A stretch of DNA of 64,000 nt from Desulfobacterales bacterium. GTDB lineage: Bacteria > Desulfobacterota > Desulfobacteria > Desulfobacterales > UBA2174. The notes below the pieces were generated by a model, which searched no databases, was not told where the DNA came from, and was given only the letters and a program-made list of their open reading frames with translations. Shown in pieces: positions 61,265 through 64,000 of this stretch; the stretch's first letter is position 1; each line of letters opens with the position of its first letter. The stretch spans positions 1,120,001-1,184,000 of the forward strand of contig CAXXWC010000021.1 of assembly GCA_963668645.2 (NCBI GenBank), written 5' to 3'. Position numbers and translations under genes: made by a program.

Positions 61265-61347
61265 AACCCGACCTGGCTGCGCTTGGTCGTCGCAGTTTTG
61301 TCCGCTGCACGTCACGCCGGAGCGTCACTCAGACGATCAGCGGGCCG

Positions 61348-62508
61348 TCAAACATCGTGGACATAAAAATTATTGAACGTATTGGCCGCCTCTTCCAGCT
61401 TGCCAAACTTGGTCAAAGAGCCGACCAGTTCCTTCTTGATGTCATCCCAGGCCGGAAGCTGTGCGCCGGCCTGGGCGACCCACATCTCCTTTTCCCCGGG
61501 CGTGGGCACATGGAACTTCACCCCGGCCTTGGCCATCTCGGCCATGGCATAGGCGCGGCTCGCCGGAACCTTGGCCAGGTTCTGGCGGCTGGTCATTTCA
61601 CTGGCAAACACGACCCCGTCTTGAACGTCTTTCGGCAGGCCCTTGAACCACTCCAGATTGCAGGAATAGACCTGGGCGTCGGGGACAGCGGCATTGAAGG
61701 TCACGCAGGAGAGAATGTCCTTGAAGCCGTAAACCAGCAGGGCTTCAACACTCGAATCGAGGCCATCGGCCACACCCTGCTTGATCGCCGATGGGGTTTC
61801 ACTCCAGGCCACGGGAGTGGGGTTGGCACCGATTAGCTGGTAGAACTTCTGGAGGAGCTTGGAACCGGGAACGCGAAACTTGATCCCCCGCATCTGTTCC
61901 GGGGTTTTGATCGGCCCCTCCACCCCTCTGCGGATGGCGATGGTGCGCGGATCGATGCATACATACCACAGGGCCTTGAACCCTTTGGCCTCAATCTTGG
62001 GATCAACCTCCTGTTTCCAGGCCTTGGAAGTGACCAGATTGATGAACTGTTGGTTTTGGCCACAACAGTAAGGGATGTTGATCACGTCGACCGCCGGGGC
62101 GAACGGGGCGAAGTTGGCGATCGAGTGCTCCGCCGCCTGGATCGTACCGGCCTGGACCTTCTGCACCAGGGCACCTTCTGCACCGAGCTGTCCCCCGGGC
62201 GCCAGCTTGACGTACACCTGCCCGTTGGTGGCGTTTTGGATGTTTTCCTTGAAATCCATCTGCATGACCGGATAAGCCCGGGAAGCCCCGAGAATGTAAG
62301 GCGTGGCAAGGTTCATGGTGTACTTGGCGCGCTTCTGGCGCTCCTTTTCTTCATCTGCTATGGCGCCTGTCGCCAGGGCATCGCTGGAGCCCAGCGCGCC
62401 CACTGACATCGCAACGGCGGCAGTGGTGAACCCGACTTTTGTACTCAGCGCCAGGAACCGCCGACGCGCTTCGGATTTCAAACCTTTGAGTTCCTCTTTC
62501 TCGGTCAT
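61348..62508 (-). CDS. Tat-exported TRAP substrate-binding protein (resembles DHPS-binding HpsK)
   Basis: Twin-arginine ARRRFLAL; LGASRAYPVMQMDFKENIQNATNG, IDPR, KFRVPGS, QNLAKVP, YVHD. HpsK likeness is from memory and unverified. Confidence 0.85.
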   Translation of the reverse strand: MTEKEELKGLKSEARRRFLALSTKVGFTTAAVAMSVGALGSSDALATGAIADEEKERQKRAKYTMNLATPYILGASRAYPVMQMDFKENIQNATNGQVYVKLAPGGQLGAEGALVQKVQAGTIQAAEHSIANFAPFAPAVDVINIPYCCGQNQQFINLVTSKAWKQEVDPKIEAKGFKALWYVCIDPRTIAIRRGVEGPIKTPEQMRGIKFRVPGSKLLQKFYQLIGANPTPVAWSETPSAIKQGVADGLDSSVEALLVYGFKDILSCVTFNAAVPDAQVYSCNLEWFKGLPKDVQDGVVFASEMTSRQNLAKVPASRAYAMAEMAKAGVKFHVPTPGEKEMWVAQAGAQLPAWDDIKKELVGSLTKFGKLEEAANTFNNFYVHDV

Positions 62509-62517
62509 GATTTTCTC

Positions 62518-62772
62518 CTATTGCTTATCTGATGTTCGCTTTGACATCTCTACTGCCTCTCGATGCAATGCGACGATAATGAATGCTACAGAGGCCGCCA
62601 GCAGAATCAGAAATTCACCGACGTTGCCGATGTGGCAAATCTTCCACCCGAAAACGATGATCGCCTTTCCGATGAGGATGTTCAGCACGTACAGCCCGAA
62701 AAGAAAGATAAAAAGCGCCATCGCGATTCGCTCACCCCCGGCAAAGCCGATGTGGTTCTGTTTGTTTGGCAT
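62518..62772 (-). CDS. Small two-TM membrane protein upstream of TRAP genes
   Basis: Two hydrophobic segments separated by GNVGEFL; RBS GAGGGA; stops 9 nt before the dctP start. Confidence 0.75.
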   Translation of the reverse strand: MPNKQNHIGFAGGERIAMALFIFLFGLYVLNILIGKAIIVFGWKICHIGNVGEFLILLAASVAFIIVALHREAVEMSKRTSDKQ

Positions 62773-62795
62773 CGCTTCCCTCACCCCTGCTTGAC

Positions 62796-62826
62796 TGGCC
62801 CGGGGGACAGGTACATCCCCCGGCCA
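62796..62826. other. Intercistronic GC-rich stem-loop
   Basis: TGGCCCGGGGGA-CAGGTACA-TCCCCCGGCCA with no U-tract. Confidence 0.5.
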
Positions 62827-62912
62827 TGTGATTATCGGTGAGTCGGCCTTGCCGCTACCGGCACTGCTTCAGGACCACCGGCAAAGGCTGCCGTTCATCG
62901 CCAGAGCATTGC

Positions 62913-64000
62913 TCAGGCACTCTCGTAGAGTTTGGTCAGCACGAACTCCTGGTGACCGAGCACCTCCTGGGCCGTCAGCCGGCCGTTGCAGGTGCGCACC
63001 AGCAGCGCCAGCAGCGCGTCGCCGGCCTCGTCCAGGGTCAGTTCGCCGCGCAAAATCGCCGAGCAGTCGTAGTCCACGTGCTCGACCATGTCCTTGACCG
63101 TGCGCGGGTTGGCCGACAGTTTGATCACCGGCTCGATGGCATTGCCGATGATGTTGCCCTGGCCCGTAGGGAAAAAGTGGGCCACGAACCCGCCGGCAGC
63201 CCAAAGGGTCACGGCCTCGGCCGCCGCGCTGGACGTGTCCATGTACCAAAGGCCCGGGCCCGTGGGGCTCTCGGCCTTGTCGAGGACCCCCACATAGTTG
63301 ATCTTCTTGCCGATCTTTTGCAGGTTGCCGAAGGCCTTCTCCTCGATGGTCGTCAGCCCCCCGGCGATGTTGCCCTTGGTCGGCTGGCTGCCGGAAAGAT
63401 CGTCGGTCTTGTTGCGGTCGATCATCGCCGCATAGCGATCGAACATCGCCATGAACTGCGCGCCAATCTCCGGTGTGGCGCCGCGCTCCTTGCAGACCAT
63501 CTCGGCACCGGTAATCTCGCTGGTCTCGCCGAACGAGCAGGTTCCGCCCATGGCCACCAACTTTTCCAGCGCGTTGCCCACCGTCGGATTGGAGGCAAGC
63601 CCGCTGGTCGTGTCCGACTCGCCGCACTTGACGCTGACCCAGATCTCGCTCAGGTCGCACGCCTCACGCTTGAGTTCGCTGGCCCAGTGCACGAACTCCT
63701 TGGCCTTCCAACTGGCCATTTCCACCGTCTTGATCTCGCCGTGGCGCTCGATGGAAAAACCGGCCACCGGCTTTCCGGTCTTGGCGATCCCCTCGACGAT
63801 CACGTTGGTCCACTCCGGTTCGATGCCGATCACCACCACCGCCGCCACATTGGGATTGGCGCCGGTGCCGATCAGGGTACGAAAATGCAGCGCCAGGTCC
63901 TCGCCGAACTGCAGCCGCCCGTAGGGATGCGGCAGCGCCTTGCATCCCTTGATGTTGTAGGCCACCTTCTCACAGGCCGCATTGGACAGATCGTCCAGCG
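62913..64000 (-). CDS. suyB: (2R)-sulfolactate sulfo-lyase large subunit, UxaA family (5' end outside the window)
   Basis: Frame is open to the window edge ([13 protein letters not shown]); [65 protein letters not shown]-terminal TKLYESA. Confidence 0.8.
   Translation of the reverse strand, partial: LDDLSNAACEKVAYNIKGCKALPHPYGRLQFGEDLALHFRTLIGTGANPNVAAVVVIGIEPEWTNVIVEGIAKTGKPVAGFSIERHGEIKTVEMASWKAKEFVHWASELKREACDLSEIWVSVKCGESDTTSGLASNPTVGNALEKLVAMGGTCSFGETSEITGAEMVCKERGATPEIGAQFMAMFDRYAAMIDRNKTDDLSGSQPTKGNIAGGLTTIEEKAFGNLQKIGKKINYVGVLDKAESPTGPGLWYMDTSSAAAEAVTLWAAGGFVAHFFPTGQGNIIGNAIEPVIKLSANPRTVKDMVEHVDYDCSAILRGELTLDEAGDALLALLVRTCNGRLTAQEVLGHQEFVLTKLYESA

Overview
A GC-rich, gene-dense bacterial chromosome segment. 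The gene set (sigma-54 activators, SEC-C methionine aminopeptidase, TRAP/TTT transporters, C-GCAxxG-C-C protein) suggests a Desulfobacterota-type anaerobe; this is inference. About 50 CDS are supportable. I saw no rRNA, tRNA, CRISPR array or transposase. Main blocks: (1) a PLP aldolase-like enzyme, a GMC oxidoreductase and an N-terminally extended ALDH in one operon; (2) a SWIM-SNF2 helicase and a mixed map/ybgA/ybjT-like run; (3) a partly AT-rich locus (about 16-25.6 kb) with an alpha/beta hydrolase, a B12 radical SAM enzyme, a V4R-like/GAF/PAS hybrid kinase, a tandem-PilZ protein with a large uncharacterised C-terminal domain, a SAM methyltransferase and a well-signalled 62-aa small ORF, which is the best candidate for an undescribed small-molecule signalling system; (4) a sigma-54 operon with a CoA-acylating aldehyde dehydrogenase, an ADP-forming CoA ligase and a TTT transporter, resembling sulfoacetate (SauS/SauCD) catabolism; (5) a short-Q-loop cytochrome bd oxidase; (6) epimerase, ugd, K+ channel and a sigma-54 activator with an adjacent small target gene; (7) a long minus-strand run starting with sulfolactate sulfo-lyase SuyB (cut by the window edge), then two TRAP systems, a cupin, an SDR and a CoA-disulfide reductase-rhodanese. 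All assignments come from motif recognition by eye; no database searches were run.
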